64,000 nt of DNA from the IMG/VR virus record IMGVR_UViG_3300047548_000777, positions 13,592 through 77,591 of that record; one strand, given 5' to 3'. Under the pieces are notes generated by a model. That model saw only the letters and a program-made list of their open reading frames with translations. It made no database searches and was not told the origin of the DNA. The DNA comes from a virus. The position numbers were made by a program, and so were the translations under genes. Positions 17,501 through 25,808 of this stretch are shown in pieces; position 1 is the first letter of the stretch; each line of letters begins with the position of its first letter.

Positions 17501-19042
17501 CGTCGGGGTACTTCCGTCAGTCCAGCTAGCCCCAGAGTCGGTACTATACTGCCATTTAGCAGCACTAGCAGATATACCTGTAACCGTCATAGTTCCATTA
17601 CTTGTAATTTTATCAGTTGCAGAACTACCTGTATCTTGTGCAAGTGCAATCGAAGTTAACTGGCTAGGAGCTTGGACAACTGTTACAGTCCTAGTTGCAG
17701 TTCCGTCAGTATTTCCTGCTAAATCTGTTGCAGTAGCAATTATAGTTTTATTTGTTCCATATCCAAGGCTAGTTAAATCAGCTGCTACGACAGTGTAAGT
17801 CCATGTAGATCCGGATATTGAAGCAGTTTTTATTGTAGCTCCAAATGTTAACTTAACAGTATTGACATTTGCATCTGTTACTGTTCCGGTAATTTGAGTA
17901 ATTCCTGGGTCAACGTTATCTACTAAAATGTTATCGCTAGAAATTGTATTGATGGTTATTGTCGGAGAAGTTGTATCTATCTTGATTGTCGAAGTGTTTC
18001 CTACCGGAATTGATGAATACCCAGATGAGTTTGTTTGCCTGACTTGAATTTTATTAGCTGTGTAAGTGCCTTCTGCCAGTTCAAACGTATTTGTGCTTAG
18101 GTCTTTACTTGTCCAGCTATTTCCGCCATCGATGCTGTACTGCCAAGATCCGCCGGCACCAACATTTATATCAAGAACAAGCACTGTTCCGTTCTTTGTA
18201 ATTTTATCAGTAGTTGATGTTCCGGTGTCTTCTGCAAGAGCAAAGGATACGTTGCTTGGTGCAATGCCAACAGTTACTGTTTTAGAAGTAGTTGCGGTAT
18301 TTCCTGCTCGATCCGTTCCTGTAGCAGTTATAACCTTATTAGAACCAGCGCCTAATGCTAATAGATCGTCTAATACAACAGTATATGTCCATGAGGTTCC
18401 ATTAACTATTGCATTTCTGGTTACCGTATTAAATTTTAGAGTGACTGCGCTGTCACTTGTTACTACACCAGTAATAGCTGTAACGCCAGGGTCTTCGTTG
18501 CTTATTAGAACATTATCTACAGAAATAGTATTAATTGTTATCAGAGGCGCTGTACCGTCTACTATAATTTGTGTGGGATTAGTTGCCGGGATTGAAGTAA
18601 ATCCTACCGCGTTAGTTTGTCTAACTTGAACTTGTCCAACTGCGTATGTCCCGTTATTTAAAATAAAACTATTCACGTTAGTTGGTAATGGTGTCCATGA
18701 TGCACCCGAGTTCGTACTGTACTCCCAATATCCGTTAGTGACATTTATGCCGGATACCACTGTTGCACCATTGCTTGTGATATTATCAGTTGATGACAGT
18801 CCTGTATCTTGTTGCAATGTAAATGATAATTTATCTGGTATTGGGTTGAAAAACGGCAGTTGCTTCCACAAAATCACATCTGTATTAATTTCACTAAACG
18901 ATGCAAGTTCTACTTTTTCATTGGTAGTGTTAAATCTTAACATTCCTTCGATTGCAGTAACAGGTCGTTCGTCAGTGATTCCTACCGCAACTTTTAAGTA
19001 ATCGGTATCGACTATGGATATTCCGTTAATTTGAAGGGCCAT
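14552..19042 (-). CDS. Fibre/adhesin with six tandem bacterial Ig-like (Big) double repeats and a Gly-rich tip
   Basis: Six copies of L.L..DTG.S..D.IT.NG...W.YS...G..W followed by D.T.P..T...I..D and TATD.AGN. Gly-rich C-terminal domain ending GANGAVRIVWG. Confidence 0.8.
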   Translation of the reverse strand: MALQINGISIVDTDYLKVAVGITDERPVTAIEGMLRFNTTNEKVELASFSEINTDVILWKQLPFFNPIPDKLSFTLQQDTGLSSTDNITSNGATVVSGINVTNGYWEYSTNSGASWTPLPTNVNSFILNNGTYAVGQVQVRQTNAVGFTSIPATNPTQIIVDGTAPLITINTISVDNVLISNEDPGVTAITGVVTSDSAVTLKFNTVTRNAIVNGTSWTYTVVLDDLLALGAGSNKVITATGTDRAGNTATTSKTVTVGIAPSNVSFALAEDTGTSTTDKITKNGTVLVLDINVGAGGSWQYSIDGGNSWTSKDLSTNTFELAEGTYTANKIQVRQTNSSGYSSIPVGNTSTIKIDTTSPTITINTISSDNILVDNVDPGITQITGTVTDANVNTVKLTFGATIKTASISGSTWTYTVVAADLTSLGYGTNKTIIATATDLAGNTDGTATRTVTVVQAPSQLTSIALAQDTGSSATDKITSNGTMTVTGISASAAKWQYSTDSGASWTDGSTPTAGTSSFVLGEGTYAANQIQARQFSADGNYPSTPIKYASAVTVDTTAPSVTMDVISGDDIITGTTTITGTVESGRTVTLTLKTTTRTATVSGTTWSYALTSTDIGSTVLGTGVNIPITATTSADTAGNIGTVTRYVTNTTVPATLTLALASDTGISTSDRITNNGRMNVSGVVTGGIWRYSIDAGANWSADQASTTTFFTLDEGSYSANNIKVQQFNAQNYPSAITTYASAVVVDKTSPTVTMNIVSGDNILISSEDAGVTSITGTVNDDYIDTVKLTFGTTTKTASITGTSWSYTIVSADLTALGIGTSKVITATATDKAGNTATATQTVTYTSVPAALTLTLASDTGSSASDRITSNGTMTVSGQVTGGYWQYSTNGGSSWSANQAPTTTSFVLSEGTYDSVNVRQFNAQNYPSAVTTYPSTITVDTTAPTITMNIISGDDIIISSQDAGVTSITGTVTSGSTVSVSLNGTVRTATVSGTTWSYLITSADFTAMGAGTGRIITATATDTAGNASSTSRTITVTTVPPKLTLALASDTGSSASDYYTSNGTINVSGITVGSTGSWQYSINGGGSWTTMAYNVTSFTLGEGSYAVNVVQVRQTNAQGYSSDITFAPAITVDKTAPIVTINAVPALTYASLATPTYISGTIESGYTVSLSGPNGAIPISIIGTNWSCLVTEAVLIAIGEGASRTITATTSADQAGNIGTASRTVSVTTWGSIVFTTPGTRTWTLPDPYIPNIHVVCIGGGSGAIGANGIADAAYSGGGGGTGYKKIVPTYGTNYTVVVGAGSAAPYPLTAGSFSSAKAGDSYFGSLTTVAGKGAGGATSGTIASYTPPNSNNPPPYNTVGSVSQPSGSAGTGGGYVGDGGGNGANGVRISTGTTFGSGGNAGSYTGAAAGTTGTGSSLYGSTVAGSGPGSRTTTGNAQVYYIEPDGGAYGAGGSTRIATAQGGDGANGAVRIVWGVGRSFPSTNVNTATNETSG

Positions 19043-19063
19043 ATAATTATTTCCTAACTCACA

Positions 19064-20056
19064 TTAAACAGCAGCAGCATTATTAGGGAAACTCCTGCCT
19101 GTTCCCCATATTATGCGCACCACTCCATTTGCACCCGTTCCGGCAGATCCGCCGCCGCCACCGTAAGAACCACCGTTAGAAGTTTGATTAAGCCCGGTTC
19201 CGCCGCTGCCGCCGCCGCCTCGGCGCGATTGACCGTTTAGAACCGGAGATCCGGCTGTTCCGTTTGCACCAACTCCATATATACCTACGCCGCCCCCACC
19301 GCCACCGGCAGTACCACCGGAGCCACCACCACCTCCGCCACCTCCTTGTCCTGCATTACCGGAGAATTGACTAGTACTACCATTAAATCCGGAACCGCCG
19401 TCTCCGCCGGCACCGCCGTATCCTCCGGCACCACCACCCCCTCCTATCAAGGAGCCTCCGGTGCCGCCGTTGCCACCACTACCGTACAAAGATTGGTATG
19501 TGCCGCCTAGTCCGGCGGCACCATTCGTTCCACCTATTCCTCGTTTGCCGCCACCGGCTCGACAAACTTCGGCTCCATCAGGTAATTTAAAATAGCTATC
19601 TCCACCGTCAGTAGCAAACACTGAACCCCCCACTGAGTACTTACAAATTGTTCCCGGAGTTACTGGTATGTCGTTAGCATATGCTAGTGCTCCTCCCCCT
19701 CCGCCGGCGCCGTAACTACCTGCACTAGCACTTCCGCTTCCTCCGGCTCCAATGCATAATATCGAAATTTTAGTGACACCGTCCGGCACCAACCACTCTG
19801 TTTCAGAAGTGGTAGTTGCAGTGAATGTTGCATCTCCGTAGCTTGATACCCCATACCCTATATATTGCCACCCACTGCTGGTATATACTTCTAGATAGCC
19901 AATATCGGTATTATATCTTGTCATGCCGATTACTGGAGTAGACGGTCTTTGTGCAGTAGTGCCTGCTGGTAAAGACAAATAACTAGTAGGACTATCAATA
20001 ATAGTTGTTGTGCCGTTTATTCTTAATGACATATCTGTTTTACTCCTGTTAAACAA
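19064..20056 (-). CDS. Gly-rich tail fibre tip/adhesin protein
   Basis: GTTAQRP...GMTRYNT N-terminal module, W.VPDGVT.I.ILCIGAGG, poly-Gly tracts and GANGVVRIIWG. The real start may be MSLRING, 8 codons in. Confidence 0.75.
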   Translation of the reverse strand: MFNRSKTDMSLRINGTTTIIDSPTSYLSLPAGTTAQRPSTPVIGMTRYNTDIGYLEVYTSSGWQYIGYGVSSYGDATFTATTTSETEWLVPDGVTKISILCIGAGGSGSASAGSYGAGGGGGALAYANDIPVTPGTICKYSVGGSVFATDGGDSYFKLPDGAEVCRAGGGKRGIGGTNGAAGLGGTYQSLYGSGGNGGTGGSLIGGGGGAGGYGGAGGDGGSGFNGSTSQFSGNAGQGGGGGGGGSGGTAGGGGGGVGIYGVGANGTAGSPVLNGQSRRGGGGSGGTGLNQTSNGGSYGGGGGSAGTGANGVVRIIWGTGRSFPNNAAAV

Positions 20057-21935
20057 CTTTAGTTGTTAAAGTATCGACATCGTTAGATAGTTCTTTAATT
20101 GCTTCGATTAAAAATCCAATCAAGGACACATAGTTAACGCTCTTTGATCCATTTATCTCATGAACCACTTCAGGTAATACCTTTTCAATTTCTTGCGCGA
20201 TTACTCCGTAACCTAAGTGCCCGGTATTCCTCCAATTAAAAGAAACTCCTCGTAATCTTGATAATACATTAACAGAATCTTGAATTGTTTTAATATTTTC
20301 TTTTAATCGTTGATCAGATGCAAAGTTAATGTTGGTTGCGTATAGAGTTTGATTTCCAGAAGTATAATACATGTTAGTGGAATCAACTGCACCTTTATCC
20401 CAGGTACCAGTTGAGGCCGACGACATAGGTAAGTAATAGGTTGTATTTGCGCAAGTTCCTGCTAACGAAATTGCTGCAGTATATTTAACTCCGTTAATGC
20501 ATAATCCAGTATCATCAACCCGTAGACGTTCGCATGTTCCAGTTCCCATCAGTACAGTATTGCATAAACCAGCAGCACCTGCCATTGGCCCTATAATAAT
20601 ATTATTTGAACCAGTAGTTACTGAACAGCCCGAGAAACAACCAAAGAATGTGTTATTTGATCCGGTAGTATTATTATATCCAGAACAGTACCCTGCAAAG
20701 AAATTGTGAGCTCCGGACGTATTTTTATAACCAGCCAGTCTACCGTAAAAAATATTATGTTCACCAGTAGAATTAGAATAACCATTTTCCTGACCAATAA
20801 AGATATTATTACTGCCTGCGCCGGTTGCATTGCTCCCACTTGATTGGCCAAAGAATATATTATTACTACCTATATTTTTAAGGCCAGCATTGCATCCGAT
20901 AAAAATATTATGTGTTCCAGTTTCGTTACATGCTCCTGCGGAATAGTTAATAAATGTGTTGTAACAGCCGGTATCATTTTTATATCCTGCTTGATAGCCT
21001 ATAAAAATGTTACTCATTCCAGTAGAGTTTGTAAATCCAGATAACCCACCAATAAATACGTTGGCCGAACCAGTAACGTTACATATTCCCGCTGAACCAC
21101 CAATAAAGGTATTATTATTACCTACAGAATTTCTAAAACCTGCACAGAATCCAAAAAATGTATTACTTGATCCAGCAGTGTTACAGTAGCCTGCACGGTT
21201 TCCAAAAAAGTTATTATTGGACCCAGTGCTGTTTGTTACACCAGCGCAATATCCAGCAAAGAAGTTACTGGTTCCAGTCCCTCCTTGTCCTGCTTGGCTA
21301 CTGTATATAGTTCCACAAACTCCTGCAGATTTTGAAATTTCTCCGCTACTGCCGGTATACCCGCATGACCCTTGGCTTCCGGTGTATCCAACAGATCCAG
21401 TATACCCAGTGTCACCTCGACTACCAACATATCCGGTGTCACCTCGACTGCCGGTATAGCCAACAGATCCAGTATACCCAGTGTCACCTCGACTACCGGC
21501 GTATCCGGTAAATACAGACCCGTTGATGAACAAGCCAGTAGCATCAACTTTTAATCTCTCGGTAGCACCTGCTGCCAGAATAACCGTATTACACAACCCA
21601 GCAGATCCAGCAACACTTCCAATGATGACGTTGTTTGATCCAGTAGTTACCGCACATCCTGCATTGCAACCAAAGAATGTATTATTACTACCTGTAGAGT
21701 TAGATCGACCGGCACAGAATCCAGCAAAGAAATTATGTTTACCGGTGCCACCGGTGCCTGCTTGGCTACTATATATAGTTCCGCAAACACCACTTAGCTT
21801 AAATTCCCCGTAACCTTCTAAACTAATGTCACCGGTACCTAAAATACTACATCCGCCGATAGTCTTTAAGTTTGTTATGTTTTCTAAGCCTCTACTATCA
21901 TTGATAACAGTACAGCTATTAATTTTAATTGCCAT
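20049..21935 (-). CDS. Cys-rich tail fibre with collagen-like GYTGS tract and C-terminal intramolecular chaperone (peptidase S74)
   Basis: About 16-residue N.F.G..AG..N.TG repeats, a G-X-Y tract, and SDQRLKENI...F.W...GVIAQEIE..LPE.V...VNY. Confidence 0.85.
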   Translation of the reverse strand: MAIKINSCTVINDSRGLENITNLKTIGGCSILGTGDISLEGYGEFKLSGVCGTIYSSQAGTGGTGKHNFFAGFCAGRSNSTGSNNTFFGCNAGCAVTTGSNNVIIGSVAGSAGLCNTVILAAGATERLKVDATGLFINGSVFTGYAGSRGDTGYTGSVGYTGSRGDTGYVGSRGDTGYTGSVGYTGSQGSCGYTGSSGEISKSAGVCGTIYSSQAGQGGTGTSNFFAGYCAGVTNSTGSNNNFFGNRAGYCNTAGSSNTFFGFCAGFRNSVGNNNTFIGGSAGICNVTGSANVFIGGLSGFTNSTGMSNIFIGYQAGYKNDTGCYNTFINYSAGACNETGTHNIFIGCNAGLKNIGSNNIFFGQSSGSNATGAGSNNIFIGQENGYSNSTGEHNIFYGRLAGYKNTSGAHNFFAGYCSGYNNTTGSNNTFFGCFSGCSVTTGSNNIIIGPMAGAAGLCNTVLMGTGTCERLRVDDTGLCINGVKYTAAISLAGTCANTTYYLPMSSASTGTWDKGAVDSTNMYYTSGNQTLYATNINFASDQRLKENIKTIQDSVNVLSRLRGVSFNWRNTGHLGYGVIAQEIEKVLPEVVHEINGSKSVNYVSLIGFLIEAIKELSNDVDTLTTKVV

Positions 21936-21973
21936 CTTCGTTCTCTCCTATAACTGTGAACTCGGCACAATAT

Positions 21974-24900
21974 TTATTGGTTACCCAATCGCTTGTTTAA
22001 CTCTTCTATCTGTTCTTGTTGGCGTTTTACAACGGCAATCAGTAATGGAATTAGCTGTGAATAGTTTACACTTTTAATTCCATAGTCATTGGTACTAACT
22101 ACTTCAGGTAATACCGTTTCAATATCTTGTGCTATGACACCGTATGCAGTTTTTCCGGTTTCTTTCCATGAAAATTTAACTGGTTGAACTTTCTCTAAAA
22201 TGCCAAAAGAATCAGAAATTTCTTCTATATTTTCTTTGAAACGAGCATCAGACAAACTGTTTATTTCAGTAGCGCTTAATGTTCCTGTACTAGGTACAAA
22301 TGTAAGTTTAGTGGAACTTACATATCCGGACTGTGCACCAGTGTTCGACGAAAAGAACGCAGGGTAATATGTTCCTGCATCGGCTGTTTCGTCAGTAATT
22401 TTTACTAATTCATCAGTATTAGTATCAACATAAGTAGAATTAATAGTAATAACATCATCTGTCCTAGCTAACGAAATGTTAGAGCCTGCTTTTAACGTTA
22501 CACTGTCAGTTCCACTACCACTTCCAGTAGCAGTTAATATAATAGTCTTTTCACCCGTTACTGCCCCATCTCCTGCACTGATACTATACGTTGTATCGGT
22601 GTTAGTTGAGTTAATTATTAACTTTTGATCCGTTTCACTCCAAGAAACTACTGTAGAACCTGAACCAGTTACTCTAATGGAATCTGTACTACTATCGTTT
22701 CCTATTAACTGTAAATCAACGATATTAGTTGTATCTGCAGGTGTTGACCCATCTAACGAATATGTAGTATTTGTAAACGAAGAACCAAATGTAATTTGAT
22801 TTTCGCTATCCCTGGTGATAGAAATATTCGAGCCTGCTTTTAGTATTACACTGTCAGCTGATGAATCACTACCAGATAATTTTAAACTTGCGCCTCCTGT
22901 TTCTGTTTCAGCAGAAATTGTGTAAGTTGTATTTACGTAGGTAGAACCAATCGTTATTTTCTGGGTGTCTTCATCCCATGATACTGTAGTAGAGCCGATT
23001 CCGGCTATCCTAATAGAATCTGTGCTACTATCTGTTCCCACCAATTCAAGGTCAACTATATTCTCTGACGGTGATGTGCCATCTAACGAATATGTAGTAT
23101 TTGTAAACGAAGAACCAAATGTAATTTGATTTTCATCATCCCTGGTGATAGAAATATTTGATCCTGCGATTAACTTCACGCTATCGGTTGATAAATCGGC
23201 TCCGGATAATTTTAAACTTGCACCATTAGTCTCTGTTTCAGCAGAAATTGTGTAAGTTGTGTTCGTTGCAGAAATTGTTAACTTCTGATTTGTCTCATCC
23301 CAAGAAACAGTGGCAGCTCCAGAACCGGTTATTCTAATAGAATCTGTGCTACTATCTGTTCCCACCAATTCAAGGTCAACTACATTAGCTGACGGTGATG
23401 TGCCATCTAATGTGTAAGTTGTATTGACATATGATGAATCAATTGTTAACTGCTGGGTATCCTCATCCCAGGCGACAGTAGTGGATCCTGAACCTGTTAC
23501 TCTAATATAATCTTCAACAGCATCAGAATCAATTAATTGAATATCAACTATATTAGCTGATGGGGTTGTACCATCTAGCCAATAAGTTTTATTCACAACA
23601 TCCCCTGTAGTTATTGTCTGTACGTGTCCGAATGTATCAAATGTAATTGCGTTAACAAATTTATTTGTTTGGGCAGTTACGTCTTCTACGCTACTGGTAT
23701 CTTTATGTTCTATACGTATAGCATCGTTATTTGCATCAGCAGATACTCTTATTCCGGATCCTGCAACTATTTTTAGCTGATCATTAACACTATCAGTTAC
23801 AACTTGGGTTCCATCTGCGGTATTCCAATTATATTCGGTATCAGTGTTGTCTATAGTTATGGTATTAAACGAACTAAGACCCGTAGCAGACATAGTGACC
23901 GAATTAGTGTCGTCATCATATGCTATTAATATGTTTGATCCGGCTACCAGATTTAATCTTTCAGTATTAACATCCAGTGTTAACTTTGAATCCGTGCCAT
24001 CACCTATGGTAAGCGTATGGCTGTGCCCTACTAGGGCAAAATCTTCAGCATGATAGCTGTCAAGTAAATCTGCATTTAAATTAGCAACTACAGTTGTGCT
24101 AGCTACGCTCAAAGGAGCGGTTCCTACCTCAACTGTAGATACTAATTGTGTAGCTGTTACAGTTCCTGGGAATATGGTGTTTCCAGAAGCATCCAGTAAA
24201 GTAGCAGTTCTAACATCTTCTGTACCGTATTGCCTGACATAAATTGGTTCATTTTTATTATTGCCCGTTGCAATTTCTAAAAATCCTGCATCAATACCAG
24301 TTGCGCCGCCGCCAATGTACCAGTAATCAGACTCTCCAACTAGTCCTTTAACACCCCTATTCGTATTGCCATCAGCAAAAGTGATATTTCCAGTTCCTGT
24401 TACGGTATATGACGGGGAAGAAAAGTTTTGATTACTTGTCCAACTATCTGTAGAATCAACCCATAATATAGTTTTATCTGTGGTTCCTTTTAACGTAATG
24501 CCGCCACCGTCTGCAGTTACATCAGTCGGTCCGGTGGTTGTAATATCAGTAACTGTACCTGTAGTTGGTGCTGTACCACCAGTATACGTATACGTAATGC
24601 TAGTAGAACTATCAACAGAAAATACTACAGCAGTACCCCCAGTTCCTATTGTTCCTGCACCATTAGTTGCTGTGATAGCGGCACCTGGAATTAGTCCAGA
24701 TGTATTAGTCATTCCAGTAATTGCAGCAGTCCAGGGCCCGGTGCCAGTAATTGAGCCTACTGTTCCTGTTATACTGACAACCGCAGATACAATAGACCCA
24801 AGTTCGATATTTTTATCGTCAACAGTTAGTATATTAGTATTAACAGTAGTGGTTGTTCCGTTTACTATTAGATTACCACTTACCACTAGACTAGGACTGT

Positions 24901-25705
24901 GTATTGTAGTCGTGCCGCCCGAAGTACTACCAACAGAAATATTAGTTATACTACCTGCCGAACCGCCAGTACCTAAGTTAACAGTTTTTGTTACACCACT
25001 ACCATTGATACCTGTTCCAAGGTTAAGTGTATGCGCTACTGTACTACGATCTACTGTAATAGTTCCTGTTTGTAAAGTGCCGCCAATTAACAAGTCTCCG
25101 CTAGTTTGTCCGCTAGCAATTATTATTTCCGTGGTAGTATTTTCACCAAGTAATGTAGTGGCAACATTTCCTGCAGTTATTGTGCCTCCGCTAACTGTTA
25201 AATTACCCGTTACTGATGTGTTTCCGCCAACATATAAGTTTTCTGTTATACCGGCACCACCCGTGACGCGTAATGTTCCAGAAGTTGTGCTTGTCGATGG
25301 TTCGTCTTTTGTTAAAAACAAGTTATTGGTAATTTTAGCCGTTCCGCCGACTGTAAATTTGTAAAGGAACTCGCTGTTTCCTATTCCCAGACTGCCAGTG
25401 CTTGGTTGGTAAAATAAATCGCTATCATCGACTTTTAATACTTCATCTCCAGTACTATTTGAGACAAAGGTTAAAAAATGTGTTGCGGTGTCTGTAGTTT
25501 CGTTAAGTACCGTTGATTTATTCGAAACAATAGATTCTGCAAATACAGATCCTGTAACATATACATCGCTACCTACATATAGGTCTTCTGCAATGCCTGC
25601 GCCACCTTTTACGACCAGAGATCCGGTTGTTGGGCTTACTGATGGTGTAGTAGCTGCTACTACAAGCCCGTGTTTAACTTCAAATTCTTTATTAGTTGTT
25701 GCCAT
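21974..25705 (-). CDS. Long tail fibre protein with internal repeats and C-terminal S74 chaperone
   Basis: G.L.V.GG.GI repeats, VANLNADLLD, NTTY repeats, and SDARFKENI...GVIAQDIE..LPEVV at the C-terminus. Confidence 0.85.
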   Translation of the reverse strand: MATTNKEFEVKHGLVVAATTPSVSPTTGSLVVKGGAGIAEDLYVGSDVYVTGSVFAESIVSNKSTVLNETTDTATHFLTFVSNSTGDEVLKVDDSDLFYQPSTGSLGIGNSEFLYKFTVGGTAKITNNLFLTKDEPSTSTTSGTLRVTGGAGITENLYVGGNTSVTGNLTVSGGTITAGNVATTLLGENTTTEIIIASGQTSGDLLIGGTLQTGTITVDRSTVAHTLNLGTGINGSGVTKTVNLGTGGSAGSITNISVGSTSGGTTTIHSPSLVVSGNLIVNGTTTTVNTNILTVDDKNIELGSIVSAVVSITGTVGSITGTGPWTAAITGMTNTSGLIPGAAITATNGAGTIGTGGTAVVFSVDSSTSITYTYTGGTAPTTGTVTDITTTGPTDVTADGGGITLKGTTDKTILWVDSTDSWTSNQNFSSPSYTVTGTGNITFADGNTNRGVKGLVGESDYWYIGGGATGIDAGFLEIATGNNKNEPIYVRQYGTEDVRTATLLDASGNTIFPGTVTATQLVSTVEVGTAPLSVASTTVVANLNADLLDSYHAEDFALVGHSHTLTIGDGTDSKLTLDVNTERLNLVAGSNILIAYDDDTNSVTMSATGLSSFNTITIDNTDTEYNWNTADGTQVVTDSVNDQLKIVAGSGIRVSADANNDAIRIEHKDTSSVEDVTAQTNKFVNAITFDTFGHVQTITTGDVVNKTYWLDGTTPSANIVDIQLIDSDAVEDYIRVTGSGSTTVAWDEDTQQLTIDSSYVNTTYTLDGTSPSANVVDLELVGTDSSTDSIRITGSGAATVSWDETNQKLTISATNTTYTISAETETNGASLKLSGADLSTDSVKLIAGSNISITRDDENQITFGSSFTNTTYSLDGTSPSENIVDLELVGTDSSTDSIRIAGIGSTTVSWDEDTQKITIGSTYVNTTYTISAETETGGASLKLSGSDSSADSVILKAGSNISITRDSENQITFGSSFTNTTYSLDGSTPADTTNIVDLQLIGNDSSTDSIRVTGSGSTVVSWSETDQKLIINSTNTDTTYSISAGDGAVTGEKTIILTATGSGSGTDSVTLKAGSNISLARTDDVITINSTYVDTNTDELVKITDETADAGTYYPAFFSSNTGAQSGYVSSTKLTFVPSTGTLSATEINSLSDARFKENIEEISDSFGILEKVQPVKFSWKETGKTAYGVIAQDIETVLPEVVSTNDYGIKSVNYSQLIPLLIAVVKRQQEQIEELNKRLGNQ
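22749..23410. repeat. Recent tandem duplication (period about 324-330 bp) within a fibre gene
   Basis: A 56-nt exact match at 22749-22804 and 23079-23134, and a 48-nt exact match starting at 23011 and 23335. Confidence 0.85.
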
Positions 25706-25757
25706 TCGCTTCCCTATCCACGAAGATTTCTAGAAAATGTTCTAGTTTAGTATTTAT

Positions 25758-25792
25758 AAAAAAAGCATTGCGGTATTTTGCAATGCTTTTTT
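25758..25792 (-). terminator. Intrinsic terminator, followed by late promoter TATAAATA (25751-25758)
   Basis: AAAAAAAGCATTGC-loop-GCAATGCTTTTTT inverted repeat between two fibre genes. Confidence 0.75.
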
Positions 25793-25808
25793 AGTGTTAC
25801 CTAACTTA

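Noticed and set aside
21345-21510. CRISPR-like short repeats
   Set aside because: They are in-frame collagen-like GYTGS/RGDT coding repeats with no unique spacers.
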